NCBI RefSeq assembly: GCF_006345805.1
Contig: NC_043020.1
Span: 10,850,001 to 10,914,000, forward strand
Source of the DNA: Octopus sinensis
Taxonomy: Eukaryota
DNA: 64,000 nt
Direction of reading: 5' to 3'
Shown: piece after piece, positions 12,690 through 26,981 of the stretch
Layout: every line of letters begins with the position of its first letter
Position numbering within the stretch: position 1 is the stretch's first letter
Program-made: the position numbers and the translations under genes
Notes under the pieces: generated by a model
What the model saw: only the letters and a program-made list of their open reading frames with translations
What the model was told of the DNA's origin: nothing
Database searches by the model: none

Positions 12690-13110
12690 ATTTGTTCCCT
12701 AAAGAGTTGACTTGAGCTTCATCCCTACCATACACTATGAGATCATCCATAGATAACAGGTGGTTGATCCTCTGCTGCTTTCCTTTAAGCTCATATCTTG
12801 AAGTTACTTTCCTCAATAGCAACATTAAAGGAATCCTGCATAAAACAAATAGCGAAGAAGACATTGTTTCCTTGAAAGTTCCCTCTCTTGATTCTTAATG
12901 TTCCTAGATCCTGTCTGTTTTATGGGAGTTCTGTCTTCCAATTCTCCATGCCTTTTTTTAAACAATCCTTGACATCCTTTGCAATTCCAAACCTGTTCAA
13001 CCTTTCAATGTTCTTCAAACATAGTATCATATCATAGGCCTTGCAAAAATATGTCCAGACCATTCCTAAACTTGTCCTCTTTTGCTTACTATCTTTCATT
13101 ACCATTTTCC
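12690..13110 (-). mobile_element. Degenerate non-LTR reverse transcriptase fragment (R2/R4/NeSL-like)
   Basis: MVWTYFCKAYDMI resembles the DxxKAYD motif; INHLLSMDDLIVYG resembles HLLFMDDL; frame broken. Confidence 0.65.
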
Positions 13111-14222
13111 TATTTTGTTGGGGAACTTAAGACCAGCTACTCATAGATAAAATGGTGATAATTATAATTATCATGATTATTATTATTGCTATTATTATTA
13201 TTATTGAGTGAGAGCAGTGCATGCCATCAAACTGACACTGGGATACAAATATATGAAGCCTAGTATACCCATCATGACTAACCATCTGATAAAAGTACAC
13301 CAGGCACATGCATCACAACCATATGTGCGTGACATGATGATCTTATATCAAAATAAACAATACATGACCTTGCAGGTGAGGCCCAGTTAGAATTTCCTTC
13401 AGGTTCAGTAGCCCATTGCACTCAAAAGGTCACAGATTAAGGTTTGTTTAAGGATGATAAACAAAATACCCATGTATCCAGAGGTGATTTATTCAAACCC
13501 CAAAGAACTCCTCTCAACACATATCTATGATGCTCTCCCACAAATTCTTCTCATGATCAGAGATGCACATATCATCAGTCACTAAAGGACATGTTCATCT
13601 GGTTAATGGCAAGCAACTGACATGCAAATCTGTGGTATTGAGCAGAATATTTGCTGTAGCCCATCTTTTATACCAAGACTAAACAATGTACACGTTAATA
13701 CTTCCAATCAGTTAATTATCATTAATCAGTTATTATTATTATCATCATCATCACCACCATTATTATTATTATTCTATGTTTGATTTTGCTTTATATTTGT
13801 ACAAGTTGGCTCCAAGTCTCGCCCAGAGACCTCAAGAGACAACAGGTTGGAAGTTTGTGATGTTGTTATGCCTAGTGTGCCATATATTTGGTTTTGTATT
13901 TAGTGTTGTACTAGTGAATGTCTAAAAAAAAAATACGAAAATTATGTTTGTTTTAAAACTTGAGATTACATAGAAAGTATTTTGCGTAGGATATGAGCAG
14001 TTCCCATGAGCACTATCTTTTGAATTTCTGCCATTTTGGGGTTTCCTGGTATCTGAGTTAGGTAGCGATCAGCCCCTTTTGCTATCATTCCCAGGGCACC
14101 TATGACAACAGGTATTGTTTTAGTCTTCAGGTTCCACATTTTGCTGATTTCTATTTCAAGATCTTTATATTTCCTCAGTTTTTGTCTATTTCAAGATCTT
14201 TATATTTGCTCAGTTTTTGTTG

Positions 14223-14257
<35 letters not shown>

Positions 14258-14267
14258 TCTTTTCCAG

Positions 14268-14656
14268 AGAAACCGACTAATCTACAGTGGCTGAATGACA
14301 ACAGCCAGAATGTTGGTGACATTAAACTGGTTGATGGATGTTACTTCCATATACCCCAAGATGGTCTTTACCAAATAAACTTTGCAATCCAGTTGAATAT
14401 TCCGAAAGATACTCCTGCATCAGTTGTAACCTTGATGTTAAAGAGAAAGAATAACGAAAAAGATTATGTGTTCATGAAGAAAAGTTCAAGCTCCTTAACC
14501 ATACCGGAACATGATGTGATTCAGTCGTCATTTAGATACAAACTTAAAGCCGATGAAAAAGTCTTTGTGATGATGAACATGGCAAAATTCATCAGTCGCA
14601 ATAATTTCTCCAGCTATTTGTATATCAGCAGATTAAACATAAACAATCATCACTAA
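14268..14656 (+). CDS. TNF-like gene 1, terminal exon encoding most of the TNF homology domain (EKPTNLQW...GDIKLVDGCYFHIPQDGLYQINFAIQL...SYLYISRLNINNHH*)
   Basis: ttttccag acceptor at 14267, open to TAA at 14656. L-x-W and L-x-D-G...I-P-x-D-G-L-Y motifs are typical of TNF ligands. Two paralogues in the window. Confidence 0.85.
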
Positions 14657-15241
14657 AACGTTAGAGCTGTGCTTCTTCTGTGAACATTTTCATTTGATTT
14701 ATATCAGCTTCCTTGTATTTATCTAGCACAAAATGCAAAACAGATATTGATGTAAACAGCCATGCATACCATTTGTGCACACTAGTCCTCACACACAGAC
14801 AAATACATATTTTTCTATATATATTTCTTTACTACCCACCAGGGGGCTAAACACAGAGAGGACAAACAAGGACAGACAAAGGGATTAAGTCGATTATTTC
14901 GACCCCAGTGCGCAACTGGTACTTAATTTATCGACCCCGAAAGGATGAAAGGCAAAGTCGACCTCGGCGGAATTTGAACTCAGAACGTAACTGCAGACGA
15001 AATACGGCTACGCATTTCGCCCGGCGTGCTAACGTTTCTGCCAGCTCGCCGCCTTAACATTGAATCCTCATTATCATCATCATTGTAAATAATAATTTTA
15101 AAAATGTATATTCCATGTTTGATTATTTCTATTCTTAAAATCTTCTATTCTGTCTTCTAATCTTCCTATTATTATTATTATTATTATTTTTATTTTTTCC
15201 TTTCTTTGTTTTGCATCATTGCTTAAACTTTGGAATTTTTC

Positions 15242-15469
15242 TTTAACCCTTTAGTGTTCAGATTATTCCATCAAACATAATGCCTATTGATTCCCATTGA
15301 TTTGAATTAATCATGCATTATCTCATATCTTCAAGATCTTGATGGTGTAATTACCTAATGTAGAATAACATTGTAGGGTAGGTGTGAGAGCCTGGATCTG
15401 GCCAGTTTGAACATAAAACAGGTAGAATACTTTTGGCCGGATATGGCCGGTTTAAATACTAAAGGGTTA
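15242..15469. mobile_element. piggyBac-like MITE
   Basis: TTAA|CCCTTTAG...CTAAAGGG|TTAA. Relatives near 50884-51408 and 58306-58535; a second family (CCCTTTCGTTAC ends) near 24048-24262 and 53048-53262. Confidence 0.75.
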
Positions 15470-15821
15470 ATGGACCAAGTAATGCACTTAGTAATTCTGA
15501 AAAGAAAGCAACATGGAAGTGCTACATGAAAAGTTATTAAATGTGAAAGTGTATGCGAGAAAGAATCTTCCCAGCTACCCTAGTTGACAGAAGTAATTCA
15601 GGATGTGAAAGCTGGGAAATATCACTGAGATGTTTAAATTTCATGTTGGGGAAGGATATAGGCGCAGGAGTGGCTGTGTGGTAAGTAGCTTGTTTACCAA
15701 CCACATGGTTCCGGGTTCAGTCCCACTGTGTGGCACCTTGGGCAAGTGTCTTCTACTATAGCCTCAGGCTGACCAAAGCCTTGTGAGTGGATTTGGTTGA
15801 CAGAAACTGAAAGAAGCCCGT

Positions 15822-15862
<41 letters not shown>

Positions 15863-17458
15863 TTGTGTGTCTGTGTTTGTCCCCCTAGCATTGCTTGACA
15901 ACTGATGCTGGTGTGTTTATGTCCCCGTCACTTAGCGGTTCAGCAAAAAGAGACCGATAGAATAAGTCCTGGGGTCGAGTTGCTCAATTAAAGGTGGTGC
16001 TCCAGCATGGCTGCAGTTAAACGACTGAAACAAGTAAAAGAGTAAAGAGAGAGAGCTTGGTCATCCAAATAGTTAATCAGGTTGTACAGGAATTTGTCAT
16101 AATTTATGACTGATATTGCAGATCGATACTAGGGTCATAATTATGGGTGACAATTTCATATGTCACTGCTAGAAAAAACTGCCATTCAAACCGAAAAGAT
16201 CCCCAAAATCTTAAACTTTTATCAAGAGTATTACTAAAATCTGTGAAAAATAGAAAAAAACGTGCCATCATTTCAAACAAAGAGTAATGTGTTTAAAAAC
16301 GATGCAACAAAAGGTCTATTTGATATTTCCTGTTGCAAGAGCAATTCCTTTAAACAAATCAAAATCAATTCGATGACTGGCATCCGTGCTAGCGGGGTGC
16401 AAAGAGCACCATCCTAGTGTGATCATTGACAGAGCGACTATTCGAGTATGATCATTACCAGCATCACCTTATTGGCACTTATGCCTGTGCTAGTAGGGTG
16501 CCAAGTGTACCATCCGAGCATGATCGTTGCCAGAGCAGCCAACTGGCTTCTGTACCCGTGGCACATAAAAGGGCACCATTCGAGCATGATCGTTACCAAC
16601 GTTGCTTCACTGGCACCTGTGCCGGTGGCACGTGTAAAAAGATTTGAGCAAGGTCATTGCCAGTACAGCCTGACTGGCCCACATAAAAAGCACCCACTAC
16701 ACTCTCGGAGTGGTTGGCGTTAGGAAGGGCATCCAGCTGTAGAAACTCTGCGAGATCAAGATTGGAGCCTGGTGCAGCCATCTGGTTTGCCAGCCCTCAG
16801 TCAAAATCGTCCAACCCATGCTAGCATGGAAAGCGGGCGTTAAACGATGGTGATGATGATGACTGCAGTTGTAGTAGAGACAAAAATGTACCACAGAGAG
16901 AACAAGATTTTTTACAGGCTCAACAGACAAATTGAAAACTGATCATTGGAGGAATAGATCAAGCAGTATCTAAACTGAACATTCAGAGTTTGATTAGAAA
17001 CAATTGGCCAGATCACAGTTGCCCTTCTACATCAGCAAAGGGTTCTGAATTGTTAATTATTTTTATCACCAAAATGTGTCAAGAATCAAAAAATTGGTTT
17101 ACGTGTAATTTTATTTTAATGTGTATAATCTAGACCTCATGTAACACATATATTCGGTGACCTAGTATTAGAAATAATAAAGAAAACAAAGTGGAAAACT
17201 TTATTTATTTCGCATAATCTTGAATTTTCAAGTGCATTTTGGAGCCTGAAGATATAAATTTTAGGGCTGCAGATTTTAACACTCTTTCACAAAAAGAAAA
17301 TCGATTTGTAACGATGGATGTAAAAAATAAAATGAAGAATGGTAAACATGTTATAAATTGATTTTTTTTCACTCATTATTGAAAATTTCAAGTGGACTGT
17401 GGAGCCTGAGAATGTAAATTTAAGAACTTCAGATTTTAACACAGTTGTTTTTAAAGGA

Positions 17459-18435
17459 TGTAGCAGTCTCTGATATCCTCACTGTTTGAGAGACACAGCA
17501 GGAATGATCTCATTTAAGATTACAGCCATCTTTGGCTGGGTTGTTCCTGTTGTGTCCACTGATCTGATTGGTTGACATGTGGCACGATTTGTCTCTACTT
17601 ATTTCGCGCCACTGTCCAAAGCCAACCAATCACTGCATTTGGTTAAGGTCTCGTGATCCTTTCTCTGTATATAAGGGATTGTTCTCAGTATACTTCGTCT
17701 TTCAACCCCAGACCTTTTGAGGTCTAGTCACTGACCACAGAGCTACTCAACATGTTCCAGTTCCAGTGACAGACGACCAGCCATGCTCCTGCTTCAGCTA
17801 CGACGACGCTAATGTACACCCGCAACAGAATGTCTTCTATCTCCGCCGCCGTCATTACCATCATTGTACCAACTTCAAGTCGTCTCTACCATCGTCCACA
17901 CCAACTTCACAGACCCACGCTGATAGAGTGAATCCCTTCACCAAGTAAAAACATTCCATCTGAATAATTCTATATTAAGAGAACCAGCTCGGCGATTGAG
18001 ACCACAACCGCGGCTCGACGTGATTCGCCCAACCGGTCTCCGCCCGAGACACAACATCTTGTTAGAGAACTCTTGCATATCATGTACCTCATGAACTGTA
18101 ATCCAAATTCCATCATCATCTATATGCTCTGTATTTCTGTGTCACACACATTCACCTTATTTGTATCTGTCACACACACGAACACACCGACACAAATACT
18201 TGTTGCATGCACACATACACAACACTTGCTAGCACTCACAACCCTCTAACCTTAACACCTTGTAAATAAAATCTTATCTTCTCTCAAACAGTGGAACGGC
18301 TTGTCATCATTCATTTATATTCTGTTGGCACTGTATTGTATAAATTGTATTTATGGCTTATCTTATTTCATTAGGGATGCGACCGTGTGACTTATCTATG
18401 TCACCAACTTCCTCACATACGGTCGTATTCCTACA
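17459..18435 (+). mobile_element. Solo LTR (977 bp), probably Gypsy-type
   Basis: TGTAG...CTACA termini; TSD AGGA at 17455-17458 and 18436-18439; CCAAT 17626-17630, TATATAA 17668-17674, AATAAA 18265-18270. Confidence 0.85.
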
Positions 18436-20129
18436 AGGATTTCGCAATAAAAATTATATTCTTGAAAATTTTTTGCTCCACCCTGATGTGCAGCTTAAGT
18501 GTGTGAGAACAAGGTCTTGAAAAGACTCCGCCGGTTACGACGACGAGGGTCCCAGCTGATACGATCAACGGAACAGCTTGCTCATGAAATTAACGTGCAA
18601 ATGGCTGAGCATTCCACAGACACGTGTACCTTTAACGTAGTTCTCGGGGATAATCAGCGTGACACAGAGAGTGACAAGGCTGATCCTTTGAAATACAAGT
18701 ACAACTCATTTTTGCCAGCTGAGTGGACTGGAGCAACGTGAAATAAAGTGTCTTGCTGAAGGACACAAGGCGTCGCCGGGAATCGAACTCACAACCTTAC
18801 AATCATGAGCCGAATGCCCTAACCACTAAGCCACGCGCCCTCACGAGAACAAGGTACACATATGTTGAATGTGTCTCGTGTGGAGGCACATGACCTAGTG
18901 GTTAGAGCAGCGGACTCACGGTCAAAGGATCGAGGGTTCGAATCTTAGACCGGGCGATGTGTGTGTTTATGAGCGAAACACCTAAGCTCCATGCGGCTCC
19001 GGCAGAAGGTAGTGGCGAACTTCTGCTGACTCTTTCGCCTCAACTTTCCTCCTGCATCTTGCGACTCACCTGCAACGGACCAGCGTCCCGTCCAGGTGGG
19101 GAACATATATGCCAAGGAAACCGGGAAACTGGCCCTTATGTGCCAGGCATGGCTCGAGAAGGAACAAACAAACAAACATGTGTTGAATGAAAAACTGGAC
19201 ATAAGAGTGATCAAATTTAGAGTTAAAAACAGCTATTTAATGTTCATGAAGGAAGAATCAAACATACATAGACACAATTTTTAATATACAAAACGTCTTT
19301 TTTTTAAATCTAATAAATTAAAACACAGAATGGTTGGAGTAAATGCACATTAGCATATAAGAATTAAGTTTGGTTATAACAAAATATGAATACAAAATCT
19401 CTATTTATTGTCATTCATTCCGATCATCTTATTACTGCATGAACTTCCTCATTTTTGATGAATTCTTGCGTACAGCTTCTGGGAAATCTCTCATCAGGCT
19501 CCAGCGGTAGTCTGCCATCATGTTTGAGTCCCATCAGCTGTGGTAGTGTTCTTCCTTTACTTTCACATCTTGATGAAAGTGTTCGCCTTGTTCTTTGCTA
19601 ACATCACCCAATTTCTCTGGAAACTCACCCATAGGCACAGCGCCTAACTGGTACTTATTTAATCGACCCCGAAGGGATGAAAGGCAAAGTCAACCTCGGC
19701 AGAATTTGAACTCAGAGCGTAACTATTTCTTTATTACCCACAATGGGCTAAACACAGAGAGGACAAACAAGGACAGACATAGGTATTAAGTCGATTACAT
19801 CGACACCAGTGTGTAATGGGTACTTAATTTATCGACCCCGAAGGGATGAAAGGCAAAGTCGATCTCGGCGGAATTTGAACTCAGAGCGTAACGGCAGACA
19901 AAATACCGCTAGGCATTCCGACCAGTGTGCTAACGATTCTGCCAGCTCGCCGCCGTAATTGTGGAACAATATCATTGTACAATCAAAGCTATGGCTGATG
20001 AGGCCTGAATGTACCTCATGAAGGCAGTCTTCTGGTGCAACATGCCACTCAGGATAGGGCAAACTTAAGAGTCAATCTCACAAAGAGCCATATTCCAGTA
20101 CAAAGTACAAAGTACAAATGGAGACACCC

Positions 20130-20660
20130 AAGTGTGGTTGCCACAGCAGCCAGAGGTGGAAGGAATCATGTCTGTAGAGACTGGAGACAAAGTCTGGGTG
20201 AAGCCCTCTAATACTTGGTGCACAACACAGTGGGAGAAAGAAAGGGTGACTGCAATCAGTACTTGGAATGTTATATCAGTGGATGGAATGCTGCATCACA
20301 TCTTGGTTAGCTCTTCAGAGGACAAAGGGGAGGGAGAAGTGAGGCCCAAAGATCTCAAAGGGAACGTCACCCCAACAAGTGGATGGACAATTTCAAAACA
20401 GAATAGAGGAACGGTGATCTTTAGATCAGGGGTCCATGTGGAGGAAGGAATGTGGGACAAAGGGGAGGGAGAAGTGAGGCCCAAAACCCTGCAAAGATCT
20501 CAAAGGGAACGTCACCCCAACAGGTGGATGGACAATTTCAAAACAGAATAGAGGAACAGTGATCTTTAGATCAGGGGTCCATGTGGAGGAAGGAACGTGG
20601 GGCGACGAAGTCAAGGGGTCGGAAGAGAGGGGAAGTGATATCACTTCGAGAAGCGGGGGT
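20130..20660 (+). mobile_element. Probable Gypsy pol C-terminal fragment with a ~117-bp internal tandem duplication
   Basis: GDKVWVKP...CTTQW...V...NVISVDGM..H resembles the post-integrase region of Gypsy elements (from memory); purine-rich tract follows. Confidence 0.5.
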
Positions 20661-21408
20661 TCAAAATAGGTTCTTTCTTTGCTGGTATGTCATGTACAAC
20701 AGGTATGTTTTGGAAACGACCTTAGGGGAGTAGTTCTCTCTGGTCAAAAGCACTGTTGCCGATTGCATCTGAAGGTAAGAACGACTTCTATTTGTGCCTT
20801 ACAATCACATAACTTTTCACCAAAATTTCATGGGAGTTTATATTTCAAACAGCAGCTCAATGATGAAAAAAGTTTCTTTACAAAATTCTTCATTCATTCA
20901 TTATCATCATCGTTTAACATCCGTTTTCCATGCCAGCATGGGTTGGACGGTTTGACTGAGGACTAGCAAGCCAGAAGGCTGCACCAGGCTCCAATCTGAT
21001 CTGGTAGAGTTTCTACAGCTGGATGCCCTTCCTAATGCCAACCACTCCGAGAGTGTAGTGGATGCTTTTACATGCCACCGGCATGAGGGCCAGTCAGGCA
21101 GTACTGGCAACGGCCACGCTCAAATGGTGTTTTTACATACCACCTGCACAGGAGCCAGTCCAGCTGCACTGGCATCAACTTTAATCAGTCATTAACACTA
21201 AACAATCTCTCACAATCTAAATTCTTTATTTTCAAAATTAAATTAAGCAAAAGCAGAGTTCTTCAAGAGAAATGTGGCAGCATAAGAGTTAAGCAGGCAG
21301 ATAATTAAGTAATTCAAAAGAATCTCTGATTTACAATAAAGATGTTTCGTGGTCAAAGAGAAATTTTTTGGAAAACAGTCTGTGTGAAAGGCACAACCAT
21401 TAACCATT

Positions 21409-21794
21409 TTATTGTGGCTTATCTGGGTGCAAGCTGGTGATAGAACAGCGGCTTGAGTTCTTATCAGAACTGATGTATTTTACCTTGTTCATCCTCAAAT
21501 AGATGTTTTCATAAGCTTTAAGATATTGTGTTGATGCTAACGTTATCCTGGTATGTTTTGATGCAGTTAAGGTACTTAAAGTTTTTTTTATGTATTCGTA
21601 TTGCTTTCCATTCTTTTCCTCCAGTGTCACGAACATATGAAATTCAGTAGTATTTTTTGGAATGTAGATTTGAATTGTACACTGTATAAGGTAAATTCCA
21701 TCTCCAGGTACATAAAAGTAAGTTCTATCAAGCAGTTTGATATCCCCTTTACTCTTGTTCATAACTTTCATCCACTGTAAATTAGTTAGGCTCT
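21409..21794 (-). CDS. TNF-like gene 2, terminal THD exon (ESLTNLQWMKVMNKSKGDIKLLDRTYFYVPGDGIYLIQCTIQI...CSITSLHPDKPQ*)
   Basis: ttttccag acceptor (minus strand) before 21794; intact frame to TAA at 21409; aligns by eye with the 14268 and 55822 exons. Confidence 0.85.
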
Positions 21795-23326
21795 CTGGAA
21801 AACAAAAAAAAAACTGATTGATTTCTTTTACTCTTTACTCTTTCACTTGTTCAGTCATTTGACTGCGGCCATGCTGGAGCACCGCCTTTAGTCAAGCAAA
21901 TCGACCCCGAGACTTATTCTTGTAAGCCCAGTACTTATTTTATCGGTCTCTTTTGCCGAACCCTAAGTGACACGTAACATACCAGCATCGTTGTCAGCAT
22001 GGGACCGTAAACATACCAGCATCGGTTGTCAAGCAATGCTAGGGGGACAAACACAGACACAAAACACATACACACATACATATATACATACATATACGAC
22101 AGGCTTCTTTCAGTTTTCTGTCTACCAAATCACTCACAAGGCATTGGTCGGCCCGGGGCTATAGCAGAAGACACTTGCCCAAGATGCCATGCAGTGGGAC
22201 TGAAACCGGAACCATGTGGTTGGTAGCAAGCTACTTACCACACAGCACTCCTGCACCTTTTATTTGTCATTAGGACAACAAACGAAGAAGACAATAAAAA
22301 AACAGACATAAAGTGTTGGAGTGTACACAGAATGAAATTATGGAAAAGTGGAAACGGTATATATGGTCAGGAGGGCTGTGTGGTAAGTAGCTTGCTCACC
22401 AACCACATGGTTCCGGGTTCAGTCCCACTGCGTGGCATCTTGGGCAAGTGTCTTCAACTATAGCCTCAGGCCGACCAAAGCCTTGTGAGTGGATTTGATA
22501 GACAGAAACTGAAAGAAGCCCGTCATATATATGTATATATATATATATATGTGTGTATGTATATGTGTGTGTATGTTAGTGTGTCTGGTTTGTCCGACCA
22601 ACATCGCTTGACAACCGATGCTGGTGTGTTTATGTCCCTGTAACTTAGCGGTTCGGTAAAAGTGATCGATAGAATAAGTACTAGGCTTACAAAGAATAAG
22701 TCCTGGGGTACATCTGTACCTTGAACCAGTGGCACCCCTTGGTAGCACTCCCAGATCAAGGGCTTTGGAAATTATCCATAGTAGTCTCCAACCAGAAAGT
22801 CCTCAGGAACAGACCAGCCAGTCCATTTTCATCAACACCCAGACACTCCCTGAGAACATCATCCTCTGTATAGGGGTTTCAGATTTTGGCTCAAGCGAGA
22901 CAGTTGATTATATCAACCTCAGTACGCAACTGGTACTTATTTTATTGATCCTGAATGGATGAAAGGCAAAATCAACTTCGGTGGAATTTGAACTCAGAAC
23001 AGAAGGATGGACAAAATGCCACTAAACATTTTGTCCTGCGTGCTAATAATTGTACTAGCATGCCATCTTAAACAATACCTCTTTGCCAGCCTCATCTGGC
23101 ACCTGTGCCGGTGGCACGTAAAAAGCACCCACTACACTCACGGAGTGGTTGGCATTAGGAAGGGCATCCCAAGTACATAATAGTAGCCTTTAGCATATGT
23201 CTATAATGAAAGTATTTTAACACTATAATAGTAAGAATTAGCTTAAATCTGTAATTTCAGTTATTTAATGGGCATAATGCAAATGACGAGAAAAAGTGTG
23301 CAATAAATCTGTATAAATCAGCTTAC

Positions 23327-23374
23327 CTAACTCAGTGTAACCCTCTGTTATCAAGTCAAAGAAGGAATGGTGAA
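23327..23374 (-). CDS. TNF-like gene 2, 48-nt exon: HHSFFDLITEGYTEL+G
   Basis: atctttcag acceptor, gtaagc donor, phase 1/1; G+AG gives the E that starts the terminal exon. Confidence 0.85.
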
Positions 23375-24346
23375 CTGAAAGATAAGAAGAGAGAAAGCAG
23401 ACAGTGAGAAGGATATATTTTAATATAGGTTCAATATCAACAGAAGACTATTCAAAGAAAAGAGTACCTCCTGGTGTATTTCATATATTTAATATTTCAG
23501 ATTATCATCTAATAGCTAACTATACGACAGTTTCATAATCATCATTATCTCTATATAAATCATAAATAAAATTATCTTCATGGAGAACAATTATAACCAT
23601 AAATGAAAGGGAGCCAAGACTATAATAAACGTCTATATATTACACCCATCAATTGTAGTTTCATGAGCTTTAACATGTTCAGTTGTACAGTAGCAATGCC
23701 TTGCTGAGACTGATAGTACAATTCTAGTAACATGTACAGGAGGCTTCATCCATATCAAAGTGTCATCTAAAGCCATGGTCCAGTTAATATTGTAGACATT
23801 TCATTCAAATATTTAATGATGTGAGTATTTTTTCCATTTATTTTTTATGCCTGTAACTTTCAAGTTGAATGAATGTTGCCTTTAAGACTAATATATTAAG
23901 GACATGTTTAACCCATTCGTTACTGTATGCAGGAGTTAACCCAAGTACATAATAGGAGTCACTTAAACAAGTCTATAATGAAAGCTTTTTAATTGATACC
24001 GTAATAGTAAGAATTAGTGTAAATCTGATTGTAGTATTTAACCATTTGTTACTGTATTTATTTTGAGATGCTCTGTGTTTCTTTCAGTTACTTTAAATAT
24101 AACAAAGGATTTAGTAAAATAACTTAGTTATCATTCAGCTAGTGTAGGAACATAATTCTAACTAAGGTTGGTGGAAGATTTTAATTCAGAACTTATGAAA
24201 ACAAGACATTTGTACTGTAGAGCCAGAGGCGGTTTCAGCCGGGTTGGTAACGAAAGGGTTGATGATTTATTAGTGTTACAATATAATTAGTGTCAGATGA
24301 TTTTATAGACATATGGAATGAGAATTATCAGAATATATGTACTTAC

Positions 24347-24495
24347 AGGGGGTGGAGGAGGTGGTGTCGCGCAGGCAGTGGTGTCGCAGGTGGTAGTGTT
24401 GCAGGCAGTGTTGAAGTTATAGCCACAAGCAGTGGTGAAGTCGGTGTTGCCACATAGTGTGGAGGAGGTGGTGGAAGTGAAGGAGGATATTTCCT
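24347..24495 (-). CDS. TNF-like gene 2, expanded Pro/Thr/Ser-rich stalk exon (RKYPPSLPPPPPHYVATPTSPLLVAITSTLPATLPPATPLPA...); 149 nt, out of phase as assembled
   Basis: tttag acceptor and gtaagt donor; intron context resembles exons at 2370 and 60222. Phase 0 in and phase 1 out would need 148 or 151 nt. Confidence 0.7.
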
Positions 24496-25040
24496 CTAAA
24501 GTAAAAAAAAAAATAAAGAGAAAAGATGAGGAAAATTAAGATAAGAGGGTGACTGGTGCTATTTGTATTACTTTCATGGGTGGGTAGAAAGGGCTCCTTA
24601 GCCGTAGTGAAGGCAATCTATCTAGGGAGATAACCTTACAATAAATCACTGGGTCCGTAGCTTTAGAAATACTGGGTTGACGTCCAGCGGGAACAGCTTT
24701 GTTTCATGGAGGAGGAAAGATCTTCTTTAGTACTTGGGTTGTACAATGCTTTCCAATGTGTATAGTAGTGGCGCGCACACACATTTAGCCATTGAAAGAC
24801 TATGAAAGTCTCGACCACGGTCGAACAATGATGATGATGATGATTACTTTCATCATATTACTGTCTTTTTTAAGGTTTGTCATTGTCCGGTTACAACCCT
24901 GATACACTTGTTATACTCTAGTACTCTTGTCTTATGCTTATGCACTCTTCTTACACATATAGTGTGTTTGTCTCTTGTTACATTTTATCTCTGTCATGTT
25001 ACTGTGTGCTACACACACACACACACACACAATAAATATA

Positions 25041-25660
25041 TACTTTATAATTAGGGTTCAACAAGATTGCTTTTCACATACCGAAGTTTAGAAATAGCAG
25101 CCAAAAACCTTAGCTATTTCTTCTACTTTAAAAAGGGACTCCAAGAAAAACCAAAATACTTGAAGTATATTTAAAAACATAGAGAATCCACTTGTATGGA
25201 TTCTATGCACTAGAAAGAACAGCTAAGTCTATAACCACAAAAAATTGAAGTATTTTGGTTTTTCTGGGAGTCCCTTTTTAAAGTAGAAAAATAGCTAAGG
25301 TTTTTGGCTGCTATTTTCTAAACTTCGGTATGTGGTAAAGCAAATCTTTGCTGAACCCTAATTATAAAGTATTACTTAAGTTTACCGTGAAATGGTCCTT
25401 TTCATGTCGAATTCTACATGGTGAAATTATTGATTACTAGTTAATTAATTAATTTACCTTTGTTATATTATTATATATAATATATATATTATATATATAT
25501 ATAAGAAACCAATTGGTCCAGGAAACTAGATGGCAAATCTTTTCATTTCCAAATTTATTACTGTCGAATTTTATACCAATTTTTTGTGGTTATATAACTT
25601 AGCTGTCCTTTCTAGCGCGTAGAATCCATATAAGTGGATTCTCTATGTGTTTAAATATAC
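25041..25660. mobile_element. Asymmetric inverted-repeat element (family shared with 29912-30725 and 38989-41368)
   Basis: ~140-bp inverted arms (CATACCGAAG..TTAGAAATAGCAGCC / GGCTGCTATTTTCTAAACTTCGGTATG) with a 3' extension beyond the right arm. Confidence 0.6.
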
Positions 25661-26624
25661 ACTATATCATATGACTAATATATAGTCTTTTTGACTAAAA
25701 TTTTTTTACGCGTTAGACCACTGGAAATATAAATTTTGATTGAATGTTTTTAATTTTAATTAAATTCCTTCAAATGACTGAAACAAGTAAAAGAGTAAAA
25801 GAGAGAGTGTAATATATAGGCGCAGGAGTGGCTGTGTGGTAAGTAGCTTGCAAACCAACCACATGGTTCTGGGTTCAGTCCCACTGCGTGGCATCTTGGG
25901 CAAGTGTCTTCTGCTATAGCCCCGGCCGACCATGCCTTGTGAGTGGATTTGGTAGACGGAAACTGAAGAAGACCCCGTCGTTATATATGTATATATATAT
26001 ATGTATGTGTGTGTGTTTGTGTGTCTGTGTTTGTCCCCCTAGCATTGCTTGACAACCGATGCTGGGTTGTGTTTACCGTCCCAGTCACTTAGCGGTTCGG
26101 CAAAAGAGAACGATAGCATAGAATAGTACTGGGCTTACACAAAAATAAGTCCCGGGGTCGATTTGCTCGACTAAAAAAAAGGCGGTGCTCCAGCATGGCC
26201 GCAGTCAAATGACTGAAACAAGTAAAAGAGTAAGAGAGAGAGTGTGTAATATGTGTAAAACAACTTGCTCTAAACGAATATGACGAAAAGAAATGCGCTC
26301 TCGCCTTTTTATGACCGGGTTAAACACTTTAGTTTAACCCATCCATGAGTTCCTACATCATCAAACCATAAAATGTGTAAAGGAGAAAAAAAAAAATATG
26401 GAAAAACATCAATACATGAGAGAGTGACAATAATATGAGGAAGATGGTCCCTGGGATGTGCTTTTACAATTCTTTCTCTTTTTTTTACCAAAAAGGCTTG
26501 GTACTACTTAAGAAGAGTGGACCCCCAACAAGTCTGTGAATTAGCAGACCGCAGCACTAATCAGTAGACAGACGCAGACACAACGCGCGGTTCAGTGGTT
26601 CATTCAGTCCGGGTTTTTTTATTA

Positions 26625-26938
26625 GATAGATATATAAGACAGGGAGACAGACAGATATATATATGATAGACAGATAGATATATATGATAGACAGATAGAT
26701 ATATAAGATAGACAGATAGATATATAAGATAGACAGATAGAATATATAAGATAGACAGATAGATATATAAGATAGACAGATCGATATATAAGATAGACAG
26801 ACAGATAGATAGATATAAGATATATAAGATAGATAGATAGATATATAAGATATATAAGATAGATAGATATATAAGATATAAGATAGATAGATATATAAGA
26901 TAGATATATAGATAGATAGATATATAAGATAGATATAT

Positions 26939-26980
<42 letters not shown>
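26625..26980. repeat. (GATA)n / GATATATAA compound microsatellite between diverged inverted arms
   Basis: Direct reading; flanks 26490-26545 and 27055-27125 are inverted relatives. Confidence 0.8.

Positions 26981-26981
<1 letters not shown>

Noticed and set aside
14268-14656. C1q-domain rather than TNF assignment
   Set aside because: Type II TM helix, no collagen repeat, and AHL-like and LxW motifs favour TNF; the folds are related, so an HMM check is still needed.
15659-15740. tRNA genes at SINE heads
   Set aside because: A/B boxes are present but run into SINE bodies and I could not fold a full cloverleaf.
17766-17948. 60-aa ORF as a small gene
   Set aside because: Lies inside the solo LTR, has no ATG start or recognisable motif.
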